This document shows positions 1-10,671 of a DNA stretch of 64,000 nt, piece by piece (the stretch's first letter is position 1; every line of letters starts with the position of its first letter). The stretch comes from an uncultured Candidatus Rokubacteria bacterium (GTDB taxonomy: Bacteria > Methylomirabilota > Methylomirabilia > Rokubacteriales > CSP1-6), in NCBI GenBank assembly GCA_963747235.1, contig CAVVEU010000024.1, forward strand, positions 352,001 to 416,000, given 5' to 3'. The translations under genes were made by a program, and so were the position numbers. The notes under the pieces were generated by a model. That model saw only the letters and a list, made by a program, of their open reading frames with translations, had not been told where the DNA came from and made no database searches.

Positions 1-46
1 ACCGGCTGCACGCTCCCGGCCTGATCGAGGGGACGCGGCACCCCGC

Positions 47-913
47 ATGCCGGCCGATCTGTTCGCGCAGGCGCTGAACGGGCTGGCCTACGGGGTGCTG
101 CTGTTTCTGCTGTCCGTCGGGCTCACGCTGATCTTCGGCATGCTCGACGTGGTCAATCTCGCCCACGGCTCGTTCTACATGCTGGGCGCCTACGCGGGGC
201 TCTCCCTCATCGCGGGCACCGGCAATTTCTGGCTGGCCCTGCTGCTGGCCCCGCTGGCGGTGGGCCTCATCGGGGCGCTGGTGGAGGTGAGCTGCCTCCG
301 CCCGCTCTACCGGCGGCCGCCGCTCGACCAGGTCCTGCTGACCTTCGGGTTCATCTATCTCTTCGAGGACCTGGCGAAGTGGATCTGGGGCGGCCGCATC
401 CGCTCGATCTCGCCGCCCGATCTCTTCTCGGGCTCGGTGTCGGTGTGGGGCGCGATCATCCCGTCCTACCGGCTCTTCGTCATCGTGTTCGGGCTCGTGA
501 TGGCGGTGCTGCTCTGGCTCCTGATCGAGCGCACGCGCCTGGGGGCGATCATCCGCGCGGGCGTGTTCGACGCCGAGATGACGGGCGGGCTCGGCATCAA
601 CATCAAACTTGTTTTCACGACCGTGTTCGCGTTCGGGGCCGCGCTCGGCGGGCTCTCCGGCGTCATCGCGGGGCCGATCCAGTCCGCCTACCCGTCCATG
701 GGCGTGGCCATCCTGATCCCCGCGCTGATCGTGGTGGTGGTGGGCGGGCTCGGCAGCCTCAAGGGCTCGCTGGTCGGCAGCCTCGTCATCGGCCAGGCCG
801 AGACCTTCGGGAAGGCGTGGCTGCCCGACTCCTCCATGCTGATCATCTACGTGGTGATGGCCACCGTGATGCTGCTCCGGCCCCAGGGGCTCTTCGGCCG
901 CCCGCTCAAGTGA
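47..913 (+). CDS. livH: Branched-chain amino acid-type ABC transporter permease (LivH family)
   Basis: GLTLIFGMLDVVNLAHGSFYMLGAY, VVVGGLGS and RPQGLFG motifs; multi-TM protein. Confidence 0.92.
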   Translation: MPADLFAQALNGLAYGVLLFLLSVGLTLIFGMLDVVNLAHGSFYMLGAYAGLSLIAGTGNFWLALLLAPLAVGLIGALVEVSCLRPLYRRPPLDQVLLTFGFIYLFEDLAKWIWGGRIRSISPPDLFSGSVSVWGAIIPSYRLFVIVFGLVMAVLLWLLIERTRLGAIIRAGVFDAEMTGGLGINIKLVFTTVFAFGAALGGLSGVIAGPIQSAYPSMGVAILIPALIVVVVGGLGSLKGSLVGSLVIGQAETFGKAWLPDSSMLIIYVVMATVMLLRPQGLFGRPLK

Positions 914-1833
914 CGCTGCGCCTCGTCGGTCTCGCGCTGGTCGTGGTGGCGCTGGCGCTCTTCCCGCTCAGCGCCGGCAACTACCCGGTGAAGCTCCTCC
1001 AGGAGATCCTGATCTGGGGCCTCTTCGCGATGAGCCTCGATCTGCTGATGGGCTACGCGGGCATGGTGTCCTTCGGCCACTCCGCCTTCTTCGGCATCGG
1101 CGGCTACGTGGCCGCGCTCGCGCTCGCCAAGAGCCCGGGGCTGATCTCGGCCCTCGTGCTGCCCGCGCTGGCCGCCGGCCTCGCCGCGCTGGTCATCGGC
1201 TTCTTCTCGATCCGGGTGAGCGGCGTGTACTTCATCATGCTCACGCTCGCCTTCTCGCAGATGTTCTACGCCTACGCCTTCCAGGTGTCCTGGCTCGGGG
1301 CCGAGGACGGGCTGGTCGGCATCCCGCGCCCGGTGGTGCCGGGCGTGAACGTCTCGAGCCTGCGCGGCTTCCACGGCTACCTGCTCGTCGTGGTGACGCT
1401 CAGCGCGCTCGCGCTCTGGCGCATCGTCCGCTCGCCCTTCGGCCACGTGCTGCGCGGCATCCACGAGAACGAGGCGCGCATGGAGGCGGTCGGCTACGCG
1501 GTGGACCGCTACAAGCTGCTGGCCTTCGTCATCGCGGGCGTCTTCGCGGGCCTCGCCGGCTCGCTCTACGCGCAGTTCAACGGCTCGATCGGGCCGGACG
1601 CGTTCTTCTGGAAGACCTCCGGCGAGGCGCTGCTGATGGTCATCATCGGCGGCACCGGCACCCTCGGCGGCCCGGTCCTGGGCGCGGCCGCCTTCATCCT
1701 GCTGCAGAGCCTGGTCAGCACCTACACCGAGCGCTGGATGCTGATCCTGGGCGCGACGTTCATCCTCTTCGTGCTCTTCGCCCCCGGCGGCATCGTGGGC
1801 GCGCTGCGCGGCCGGGTGGGCCTGCGCGCATGA
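910..1833 (+). CDS. livM: Branched-chain amino acid-type ABC transporter permease (LivM family)
   Basis: GTG at 910 overlaps the livH stop; LLMGYAGMVSFGHSAFFGIG, YFIMLTLAF, SPFGHVLRGIHENE motifs. Confidence 0.9.
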   Translation: MTLRLVGLALVVVALALFPLSAGNYPVKLLQEILIWGLFAMSLDLLMGYAGMVSFGHSAFFGIGGYVAALALAKSPGLISALVLPALAAGLAALVIGFFSIRVSGVYFIMLTLAFSQMFYAYAFQVSWLGAEDGLVGIPRPVVPGVNVSSLRGFHGYLLVVVTLSALALWRIVRSPFGHVLRGIHENEARMEAVGYAVDRYKLLAFVIAGVFAGLAGSLYAQFNGSIGPDAFFWKTSGEALLMVIIGGTGTLGGPVLGAAAFILLQSLVSTYTERWMLILGATFILFVLFAPGGIVGALRGRVGLRA

Positions 1834-2576
1834 CCGCGCCGCTCCTGGCCACCGACGCGCTGAGCCGCGCCTTCGGCGCGCTGAGCGCGCTGAACCGCGT
1901 GTCGCTCGAGGTCGCCCCGCGCGAGCGCCGGGCCATCATCGGCCCCAACGGCGCGGGCAAGACCACGCTCTTCAACGTCATCACCGGCCAGCTCGCCCCG
2001 ACGTCGGGCCGCATCCTCCTCGACGGCGCGCCGATCGGCGGGCTGGCCCCGCACGCGGTGGCCCGCCGCGGCATCTCGCGCTCGTTCCAGCGCAACAACC
2101 TCTTCCCGAAGCTCGCGGTGGAGGAGAACCTGCGGCTGGCCGCCGCGGTGGGCGCGCCCGGCACCTGGGATCTGCTGGGCAGCGTCACGCGCCGCCGCGG
2201 GCCGCTGGACCGGGCGCGCGAGGTGGCCCAGATCGTGGGCCTGTCCGACCGCCTGGGCGAGCCCGCCGGGCGCCTGTCCTACGGCGAGCAGCGCCAGCTC
2301 GAGATCGGCGTGGCGCTCGCCACCGGGCCGCGGCTCCTGCTCCTGGACGAGCCCACCGCCGGCATGTCGCCCGAGGAGACGCTGCGCATGACGCGCATGC
2401 TCGAGGCGCTGCCGCGCGAGGTGACGCTGCTGATCATCGAGCACGACATGGACGTGGTGGGCTCGCTCGCCGACCGCGTCACGGTGCTGCACTACGGTGA
2501 GGTGCTCACCGAGGGCACCTTCGCCGAGGTGAAGGCCGATCCGCGCGTCTACGAAGTCTACCTGGGGAGCGCCTGA
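1830..2576 (+). CDS. livG: ABC ATP-binding protein (LivG family)
   Basis: Walker A GPNGAGKTT, LSYGEQR, LLLDEPTAG, IEHDM. Confidence 0.92.
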   Translation: MTAPLLATDALSRAFGALSALNRVSLEVAPRERRAIIGPNGAGKTTLFNVITGQLAPTSGRILLDGAPIGGLAPHAVARRGISRSFQRNNLFPKLAVEENLRLAAAVGAPGTWDLLGSVTRRRGPLDRAREVAQIVGLSDRLGEPAGRLSYGEQRQLEIGVALATGPRLLLLDEPTAGMSPEETLRMTRMLEALPREVTLLIIEHDMDVVGSLADRVTVLHYGEVLTEGTFAEVKADPRVYEVYLGSA

Positions 2577-2579
2577 GCC

Positions 2580-3269
<690 letters not shown>

Positions 3270-3281
3270 GCGGGCGCCGCC

Positions 3282-4559
3282 TCAGAGCAGCTTGAAGAGG
3301 CGGGGCAGGATCAGGGTGATCGGCGGGACCAGGATGATGATGACGAGCCCGATCAGCAGCACCGCCACGAAGGGCAGCATCGCGCGCGAGGCCCGGTCCA
3401 CCGACACCTCCGCGATCCCGCAGGCGATGAAGAGGCCCACCCCGATCGGGGGCAGGAAGAGCCCGATGCCGACCGCGGCCACGATGACGATGGCGTAGTG
3501 GATCGGGTCGATGCCGAGCCCGGCCGCCACCGGCAGCAGGCTCGGCAGCAGGATCACCACCGCGGGGAGCCCCTCGATCACCGCGCCGAAGAAGATGAAG
3601 ATGGCCGCGGTGAGGAAGAGGAAGATCACGCTGCTGCCCGGCACCACCGTCATGATCCGGATCATCGCGGCGGGCATCTGCTGGACGGTGAGAAACCACG
3701 AGACCACCCCCGCGGTGCCCAGCAGCAGGCCCACCGCCCCGGTGATCATCGCCGAGTTCATGATGATGCCGGGCAGGGCCTTCCACTCGATCTCGCGGTA
3801 GACGAAGAGGCCCACCACCGCGGCGTAGAGCACGGCCAGCACCGAGGCCTCGGTCGGCGTCATGATGCCGCCCAGGATGCCGCCGAAGATGATCGCGGGC
3901 ATGCCGAGCGGGATCAGCGCGTCGCGGAAGGCCACCCACAGCTCGCCGAGCGTCGGCCTGGGCTCGGCCGCGATGCCCATGCGCCCCGCGGTGCGCCAGA
4001 TGTAGGCCATCAGCACCAGCGCCATGACCACCGCGGGCAGGAAGCCGGCGGTGAAGAGCGCGGCCACCGAGAGGCTCGCCACCGAGCCGATCACGATCAT
4101 GAGGATGCAGGGCGGCACCAGGATGCCCATCGCGGAGGCCGCCGACACCACCGCGACCGCGAGCTCCCGGCTGTAGCCGGCGCGCACCATGCCCGGGATG
4201 GTGGTGGACGCGACCGCGGAGACGTCGGCCACCGTCGAGCCCGAGATGCCGGAGAAGATGTACTCGGCGGCCACCACCGCCATGCCGAGCCCGCCCCGCA
4301 CCCAGCCGACCAGCGCCACCGCCAGGCGCACGAGCCGATGCGCGATGCCGCCCGTCTCCATGAGGGCGCCGGCCAGGATGAAGAGCGGCAGCGAGAGCAG
4401 GACGAAGGAATCCACCTGGTGCAGGATCGTCTGCACCGTCACCGCGAGCGGGATCGGCGCGGCGAGGATGGCGCCGATGTAGCCGGCCAGCCCCACCGTC
4501 ACCGCCACCGGCACGCCGATGGCGAGCAGCACCAGGAAGACGAGGCAGACGAGGATCAT
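3282..4559 (-). CDS. dctM: TRAP transporter large permease
   Basis: Starts MILVCLVFLVLL; LPLFILAGALM, FSGISGSTVAD, GIMTPTEA, GIDPIH motifs; operon with dctP/dctQ. Confidence 0.9.
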   Translation of the reverse strand: MILVCLVFLVLLAIGVPVAVTVGLAGYIGAILAAPIPLAVTVQTILHQVDSFVLLSLPLFILAGALMETGGIAHRLVRLAVALVGWVRGGLGMAVVAAEYIFSGISGSTVADVSAVASTTIPGMVRAGYSRELAVAVVSAASAMGILVPPCILMIVIGSVASLSVAALFTAGFLPAVVMALVLMAYIWRTAGRMGIAAEPRPTLGELWVAFRDALIPLGMPAIIFGGILGGIMTPTEASVLAVLYAAVVGLFVYREIEWKALPGIIMNSAMITGAVGLLLGTAGVVSWFLTVQQMPAAMIRIMTVVPGSSVIFLFLTAAIFIFFGAVIEGLPAVVILLPSLLPVAAGLGIDPIHYAIVIVAAVGIGLFLPPIGVGLFIACGIAEVSVDRASRAMLPFVAVLLIGLVIIILVPPITLILPRLFKLL

Positions 4560-4993
4560 CGGCCGCGGGCCAGGCGCCAGAGCTGCGGCAGCGAGAAGAA
4601 GATCATGAGCGCGCCCCCGACGGGCAGCGCGCCGTAGAACCACACCATGGACAGCTCGAGCGAGTCGGAGACCTGCCCGCGCGCCACCGGCCACATGGCC
4701 ACGCCGCCCGCCACCAGCACGCCGCCGAAGACCACGACGAGCAGGCCGACCACCAGGTCGTTCGCGCGCCGCAGGCGGGGGCCGAGGCGGTCGATCAGCA
4801 GGTGGAGGCGGAAGTGGGCGCCGCGCCGGACCGCGGACGCGGCGCCCAGGAACACCATCCAGACGAAGCAGAGCCGCGCGACCTCGTCGTACCACTGGAA
4901 GGTCGCGTGCATCACGTAGCGGCTCCACACGCCGAGGAAGACGTCCGCCACCAGGACCAGCATCAGTCCCAGGCAGACCCAGTCGACGAGCAC
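4556..4993 (-). CDS. dctQ: TRAP transporter small permease
   Basis: 4-TM protein with WYDEVARLCFVWMVFLGA and RRGAHF; lies between dctP and dctM. Confidence 0.88.
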   Translation of the reverse strand: MLVDWVCLGLMLVLVADVFLGVWSRYVMHATFQWYDEVARLCFVWMVFLGAASAVRRGAHFRLHLLIDRLGPRLRRANDLVVGLLVVVFGGVLVAGGVAMWPVARGQVSDSLELSMVWFYGALPVGGALMIFFSLPQLWRLARGR

Positions 4994-4994
4994 G

Positions 4995-5990
4995 CTACTT
5001 CGCGGTGGCCCGCGCCTCCGCGATCACCCGGTCCACCAGCTCCTTGCCCGCCTTCTGCTCGAGGAACTTCCAGACCGGCTGGGCGCGCTCCTGGAAGAGG
5101 CGGAGGTCCTTCACCTCGTTGACCTGCATGCCCTTGGCCTTCATGGCCGCGAGGCCTTCCACCTCCGCCTTCACCTCGTCCTGGCGGTGCTGGGCGCAGG
5201 AGGCGGTCATGGTCTCGTCGATCACCTTCTTGAGGTCCGCGGGTAGACCCTCGTACTTCGCCTTGGCCATGAGCCAGGCGGCGGCGGGATACGAGTGCTG
5301 CGTCTTCGAGTAGAACTTGGTGATCTCGTGGAACTTGTCGGAGACCGCGGTGGTCACCGGCAGCTCGAGTCCGTCCACCGTGCCCTGCCGCACCGCCATG
5401 TACACCTCGCCCCAGATCATCGGCACCGGGTTGGCCCCGAACTGCTTGAACACCTCGACCAGCGTCGGAATGGGCGGCACGCGGATGGTCTGGCCCTTGA
5501 GATCGTCGGGCACGAACACCGCCCGCTTGTTGGAGAGCACGCCGCGGAAGCCGAAGCCGCCGCCGTAGCAGAAGCCCTTGGCCCCGAGCGGCTCGAAGTG
5601 CTTGATCAGCTCCTTGCCGACCGGGCCGTCCATCACGCGCCACACGTGCTCGCGGCTCTGGTAGAGGAACGGCACGTCGGGGGCGAGCAGCTTGGGATCG
5701 AACTTGCCGCCCGCGGACGGCAGCGAGACCGCCGCGATGTCCACGGTGCCGAGCTGCATGCCCTCGATGGCCACGATCTCGTTCTTGGTGAGCTGCCCGG
5801 CCGGGTAGACCTCCACCTTGATGCGGCCGCCGCTCTTGGCCTCGGCGATCTCCTTGAACTTGTACGCGGCGGTGGTGAACGGGTTGTCGTTGCCGACGAT
5901 GGTGGCGAGCTTGAGGGTGACCACCTGGGCGGGCGCGGGCGTGACGAGCCCGAGGACGGTGAGCAGGACGAGCGCTGCGCGTAGGACCAT
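4995..5990 (-). CDS. dctP: TRAP transporter substrate-binding protein
   Basis: Signal peptide; DLKGQTIRVPP, GANPVPMIWGEVY, QGTVDGLE motifs. Confidence 0.9.
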   Translation of the reverse strand: MVLRAALVLLTVLGLVTPAPAQVVTLKLATIVGNDNPFTTAAYKFKEIAEAKSGGRIKVEVYPAGQLTKNEIVAIEGMQLGTVDIAAVSLPSAGGKFDPKLLAPDVPFLYQSREHVWRVMDGPVGKELIKHFEPLGAKGFCYGGGFGFRGVLSNKRAVFVPDDLKGQTIRVPPIPTLVEVFKQFGANPVPMIWGEVYMAVRQGTVDGLELPVTTAVSDKFHEITKFYSKTQHSYPAAAWLMAKAKYEGLPADLKKVIDETMTASCAQHRQDEVKAEVEGLAAMKAKGMQVNEVKDLRLFQERAQPVWKFLEQKAGKELVDRVIAEARATAK

Positions 5991-6075
5991 GACGAGCCTC
6001 CAGCGGCGTTGGGGGTGGGCGGCGTCTGCGCTTGCTTATATCCCAGGCTCCTCCGGGTCGCAAGCTTCGCGACTT

Positions 6076-6091
6076 TGCTACACTCGGCGCC
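6076..6091 (+). promoter_or_regulatory. Extended -10 (TG-C-TACACT), probable leaderless promoter
   Basis: TACACT at 6079-6084, 7 nt before ATG 6092; no Shine-Dalgarno. Confidence 0.6.
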
Positions 6092-6943
6092 ATGAGCTGG
6101 ATCGATCCGAACTTTCCCCATAGCGCGACGCCCACGGACCTGGTCGGCCGCGTGCTCGGGCTCAATCCCGGCATGATGACCGGGCCCGGCACCAACACCT
6201 ACCTGGTCGGCCGCACCTATCCGATCCTGATCGACACCGGGGCCGGCGAGTCCGACTACCCCGCGCTGTTCGAGCGCTACCTGCGCGAGCGCGGCTGGCG
6301 GCGGCCGGAGCGCATCATCCTGACCCACCGCCATCGCGACCACCTGGGCGGCGTCGGCCAGCTCCGCGAGCTGTTCCCCGGCGTGCCGGTGTCGAAGATG
6401 ATCTTCAAGGACTCCGGATTGCCCGAGGACGTGGACATGCTGCAGGACGGCGAGGTGGTGGAGGGCGACGGCGTCACCCTCGTGCCCGTCTACACCCCCG
6501 GCCACGCCTCCGACCACCTCTGCTTCTTCCTGAAAGAAGAGCAGGCGCTCTTCAGCGGCGACCTGATCCTGAACGGCTCCACCACCGTGATCCCCGACGA
6601 GGACGGCGACCTCGGTCTCTACCTCGACTCGCTCCGCCGCGTGCAGGCCCTCGGCGTGCGGCACATCTATCCGGCGCACGGCCCGGTGATCGAGGACGGC
6701 CCCGGCAAGATCCAGGAGTTCATCGATCACCGCATGCTGCGCGAGCGCCAGATCCTGGAAGTGCTGGGCGGCGGCCCGCGCACCGTGCCCGAGATCGTCA
6801 AGATGATCTACGCCGACGTGATGCCCGCGCTGCACCGCATGGCCGGCATGTCCGTGCACTCCCACCTGCGCAAGCTCAAGAGCGAGGCGCGGGTGAGCGA
6901 GGAGCCGGTGGCCGGCAGTCCTTCCCGCTGGACGCTGCTCTAG
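6092..6943 (+). CDS. MBL-fold metallo-hydrolase (LACTB2-like)
   Basis: NPGMMTGPGTNTYLVG, HxHxDH (THRHRDH), TPGHASDH, FSGD, YPAHG. Confidence 0.88.
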   Translation: MSWIDPNFPHSATPTDLVGRVLGLNPGMMTGPGTNTYLVGRTYPILIDTGAGESDYPALFERYLRERGWRRPERIILTHRHRDHLGGVGQLRELFPGVPVSKMIFKDSGLPEDVDMLQDGEVVEGDGVTLVPVYTPGHASDHLCFFLKEEQALFSGDLILNGSTTVIPDEDGDLGLYLDSLRRVQALGVRHIYPAHGPVIEDGPGKIQEFIDHRMLRERQILEVLGGGPRTVPEIVKMIYADVMPALHRMAGMSVHSHLRKLKSEARVSEEPVAGSPSRWTLL

Positions 6944-6966
6944 CTCCCGCGGCGCGCGCCGATCCC

Positions 6967-8543
6967 GTGCTGCTGACCAACGGCCGGATCCACACGATGG
7001 ACGCGGCCGGCTCCGTGGTGGATTCCCTCGTGATCCGCGAGGGCCGCGTGGCCTTCGCGGGCCGGCGCGGCGACATCAACCCGGCGCCGCGCGAGCCCAC
7101 GCTCGACCTGGGCGGGCGCGCGGTGCTGCCGGGGCTGGTGGACGGCCACGGGCACCTGATGCTGCTGGCCCGCGCGCGGCTCGAGCTGAGCCTGGCCACC
7201 GCGCGCTCGGAGGACGAGATCGCGCGGATGGTCGCGGCGGCCGCGGCGCGGCTGCCGGCCGGGTGAGTGGATCACCGGGCGCGGCTGGGATCAGACGCGC
7301 TGGCCGGGCCAGGCGCTATCCGTCGCGCGCCTCGCTCGATCGCGCGGCGCCGGGGCATCCGGTCGCGCTCATCCGCGTGGACGGCCACGCGACGTGGGCC
7401 AGCGGCGAGGCGCTCACGCGTGCCGGCGTCACGCGCCACTCCACGGACCCGCCGGGCGGCCTGATCGCGAAGGACGCGCGCGGCGAGCCCACCGGGATCC
7501 TGATCGACCTGGCCCAGGACATCATCCGCGGGCTGATCCCGGCGCCGTCGGAGGAGCGCTTCGACCAGGCGGTGCGCGACACGATCGCCGAGTGCCTGGC
7601 CAAGGGGCTCACCGGCGCGCACGAGCCGGGCCTCGACCTCTCCGCGATCGCGTCGTACACGCGGCTGATCGAGCGCGATCAGTTCCCGTTCCGCGTCTTC
7701 GCGGCGCTCTCCGGCAAGAAGGCCTGGGGCCGCTACCGCGACGGCGCGCCCGAGACCGTGGGCGACGGGCGGCTGGTGGTGGGCGCGGTGAAGCTCTGGC
7801 TCGACGGCGCGCTCGGCTCGCGCGGGGCCGCGCTGCACTCGCCCTACTGCGACGACCCCGCGAACACCGGGCTCGTGCTGGTGCCGCCCGAGGACGTGGA
7901 GCGGCTGACCCGCGAGGTGAGCGCGCGCGGCTTCCACGTGTGGGTGCACGCCATCGGCGATCGCGCCAATACCATGGTGCTCGACGTGTTCGAGCACGTG
8001 CGGGCCGACGGCGGCCCGCACGCACGATTGCGCGTCGAGCACGCCCAGATCCTCACGCCCGCCGACATCCCGCGCTTCGCGCGCCTGGGCGTGGTGCCGA
8101 GCATGCAGCCCACGCACTGCACCTCCGACATGCGCTGGGCCGGCGAGCGTCTCGGCCCCGAGCGCCTGGCCGGCGCCTACGCCTGGCGCTCGGTGCTGGA
8201 CAGCGGGGCCTACATCGCGGGCGGCTCCGACTTCCCGGTGGAGGACGCCAACCCCTTCCACGGCCTCCACGCCGCGGTGACGCGGCGGCCGCTCGAGGGC
8301 GCCGATCCGGGCTGGCAGCCCGGGCAGCGCATGACGCGGGACGAGGCGGTGCGCTCGTTCACGATCTGGAACGCGCGCTCCGTCGGCCTCGAGGCCGACC
8401 AGGGCTCGCTCGAGGTGGGCCGGCGCGCCGATCTCATCGCGCTCTCGGACGACGTCTTCACCTGCGACCCATCGGCGATCGCGCGCATCACGCCCACGCT
8501 GACGATGGTGGGGGGCGAGACGGTGGCGGGCGCGGCGGGCTAG
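6967..8543 (+). CDS. YtcJ-like amidohydrolase (Amidohydro_3), frameshifted near 7263 and 7318
   Basis: VLPGLVDGHGH, WITGRGWDQ, DGALGSRGAAL, HAIGD, RVEHAQ, GSDFP distributed across three frames. Confidence 0.87.
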
Positions 8544-9926
8544 AAGCGCAGCAGCAGCAGGAAGCTCGTCGGTGGCCATCAGGTTGCTGGCCGCGTGGGC
8601 CAGCATGCCGGGCAGCAGGCTGCGCGTGCGCTCGTAGCCCAGCGCCCAGATCATCCCGCTCCAGGTGACCGCCGCGAAGCCCTGCAGCCCGTAGCCGTGG
8701 GCCACGCCGAAGAGCGCCGCGCTCAGCAGGGCGGCGGGCCAGGGCGGCAGGCGGAGGCGCAGGGTGGGGTAGAGCAGGCCGCGGAAGGCCAGCTCCTCGA
8801 AGACGGGCGCCCAGATCACGCCGTCGACCGTGCCGGCCATCACGGTGGCCGGCGAGCCCCACAGGAAGTCCTCGAGGAAGCCGTCCGCCCAGTGCGACGT
8901 GACGCCGAGGGCGGTGAGCCCCATGGAGATCAGGCTCTCGCCCGCCATCGAGATGCCGAGCAGCACGATGCCCCAGCCGATGACGCGCAGGGCCTGCCCG
9001 TGCGGCACGCGCAGGCCGAAGGTCTCGCGGAGTGTCTCCCCGCGGGCGTGCAGGTAGCGGCGGACCCACCAGACCATCGGCACGCCGCCCAGCAGCCCCA
9101 TGGCCAGCGTGCTGCCCGGCGTGCGCGGCAGCAGGAGGACCAGCGCCGCGGGCATGAGCAGGTAGGCGAAGGCGGCGCGGAAGAAGAGGCCGAGCCCGTC
9201 GGCCCCGCGCCAGACGGGCGGCAGCGGCGCGTCCGCCACGGTCGCGCCGCGCGGGGCGCGGGGCAGGCGCCACACGAGCACCAGCGCGAGCAGGAACAGG
9301 CCCACGCCCGTGCCGGTGAGCCCCCGCACCCGCCGCAGCAGCGCGTGCCCGCGGGCCTCGATGCTCGCCTCCGCCTCGGCCTGGAGCGCCGGGTCGTCCA
9401 CCCGCGTGGCGATGCGGCGCGTGAGCGTGTCGGTGAACCAGTCGCGCGGCAGCTCGCGGCGGATCTCCTCGGCCATCAGGGTGGCGTCCTGCGGCGACGG
9501 CGCCTCGAGATAGGCGGCGTCGAGCCAGCGCCCGTACTGCGCGGCCGCGGTGTCCGTGCTGTCCAGGGCCTCGATGATGGAGGCGGCGCGCTCGAGCTGG
9601 CCGTTCTCGGCCAGCAGCACCACGAGATCCAGATCGGTGCGCGCGGTGCGCTGCTCCTCGTCCAGCTCGTCGAAGCGCGCGATGGCGTCCTCGAACGTCT
9701 CCGGCTCCGAGCCGGTGAGCTCGTAGAGCCGCTTCTCCCACCGGGGTAACTCGTCCATCACGTCGTGCAGATCCATCTCGCGGGAGACCAGGCGCTCGAG
9801 CGATTCCTCCGGCCGGTCCAGGTTGGCGAGCGGCGAGCCCCAGCTCCAGTAGAAGAAGCCGACCAGCAGGACGGTGAGCACGGCGTAGAGCGCCGTGGCC
9901 CAGGGAGAGAAGTAGCGGGTGGTCAG
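8540..9926 (-). CDS. CPBP (Abi/CAAX) intramembrane metalloprotease with large N-terminal soluble domain
   Basis: EELAFRG, FGVAH, HAASN motifs; start uncertain (CTG overlapping the upstream stop); indel near 8570. Confidence 0.8.
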
Positions 9927-10648
9927 GATTTGCGTGCCGCGGCCACGAGCGCGGAGAAGAGGCGCCGGGCCGGCTCCGAATGGCCCACCAGCTCCTCCGG
10001 ATGCCACTGCACGCCGAGCACGAAGCGCGCGGGATCACTGATCTCCGCGCCCTCCACGAGCTGATCGGGCGCCCACGCCACCGCGGTGAGGCCGCGGCCG
10101 AGGCGGTGGATCGCCTGGTGATGCATGCTGTTCACCTCGATCTCGTCGGTGCCCAGCGTCTCGGCCAGCCGGCTGCCCGGCGTGACCTTCACCTTGTGGG
10201 TGGGCTGATCCCGCGGCTCCTTCTGGCTGTGCGGGATCTGCGTGCCGGGCTCGGTGGCCACGTCCTGGTAGAGCGTGCCGCCGAGCGCCACGTTCAGCAC
10301 CTGGACGCCACGGCACACCGCGAGCACGGGCACGCCGCGCGCGAGCGACAGGTTCAGCACCGAGGTCTCGAGCGTGTCGCGCGACGGGGCGACGTCATAG
10401 AGCGTGGCATGCGGCGCCTGGCCGAAGAGGGCCGGATCCATGTCGCCGCCGCCGGTGAGCAGGAGCCCGTGGAGCTCGCCGGCGAGCTGCTGGAGCGACG
10501 CGGCGGAGAGCTGCGGCGGCAGCGGCACCGGCACGCCGCCGGCCTGCTGGACCGCGTGCAGGTAGGCGGAATTCACGTACGCGCGCTCGGGACTTGCGCC
10601 CACCGTGATGGAGGTGCTGACGCCGATGAGCGGCAAGCGGTGAGCCAT
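9923..10648 (-). CDS. Peptidase C26 / gamma-glutamyl-gamma-aminobutyrate hydrolase family (PuuD-like)
   Basis: LLLTGGGD, AVCRGVQ (catalytic Cys), VNSMHHQ, GVQWHPE. Confidence 0.9.
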   Translation of the reverse strand: MAHRLPLIGVSTSITVGASPERAYVNSAYLHAVQQAGGVPVPLPPQLSAASLQQLAGELHGLLLTGGGDMDPALFGQAPHATLYDVAPSRDTLETSVLNLSLARGVPVLAVCRGVQVLNVALGGTLYQDVATEPGTQIPHSQKEPRDQPTHKVKVTPGSRLAETLGTDEIEVNSMHHQAIHRLGRGLTAVAWAPDQLVEGAEISDPARFVLGVQWHPEELVGHSEPARRLFSALVAAARKS

Positions 10649-10671
10649 GGCGGTATGTTAGCATACGCGCC
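10649..10671. promoter_or_regulatory. Symmetric bidirectional leaderless promoter
   Basis: TG-T-TAGCAT (+) 7 nt before ATG 10672 and TG-C-TAACAT (-) 6 nt before ATG 10648; overlapping, near-palindromic GTATG-TTAG-CATAC. Confidence 0.7.

Noticed and set aside
6092-6943. Beta-lactamase resistance gene
   Set aside because: No signal peptide, and the motifs match cytoplasmic LACTB2-like hydrolases.
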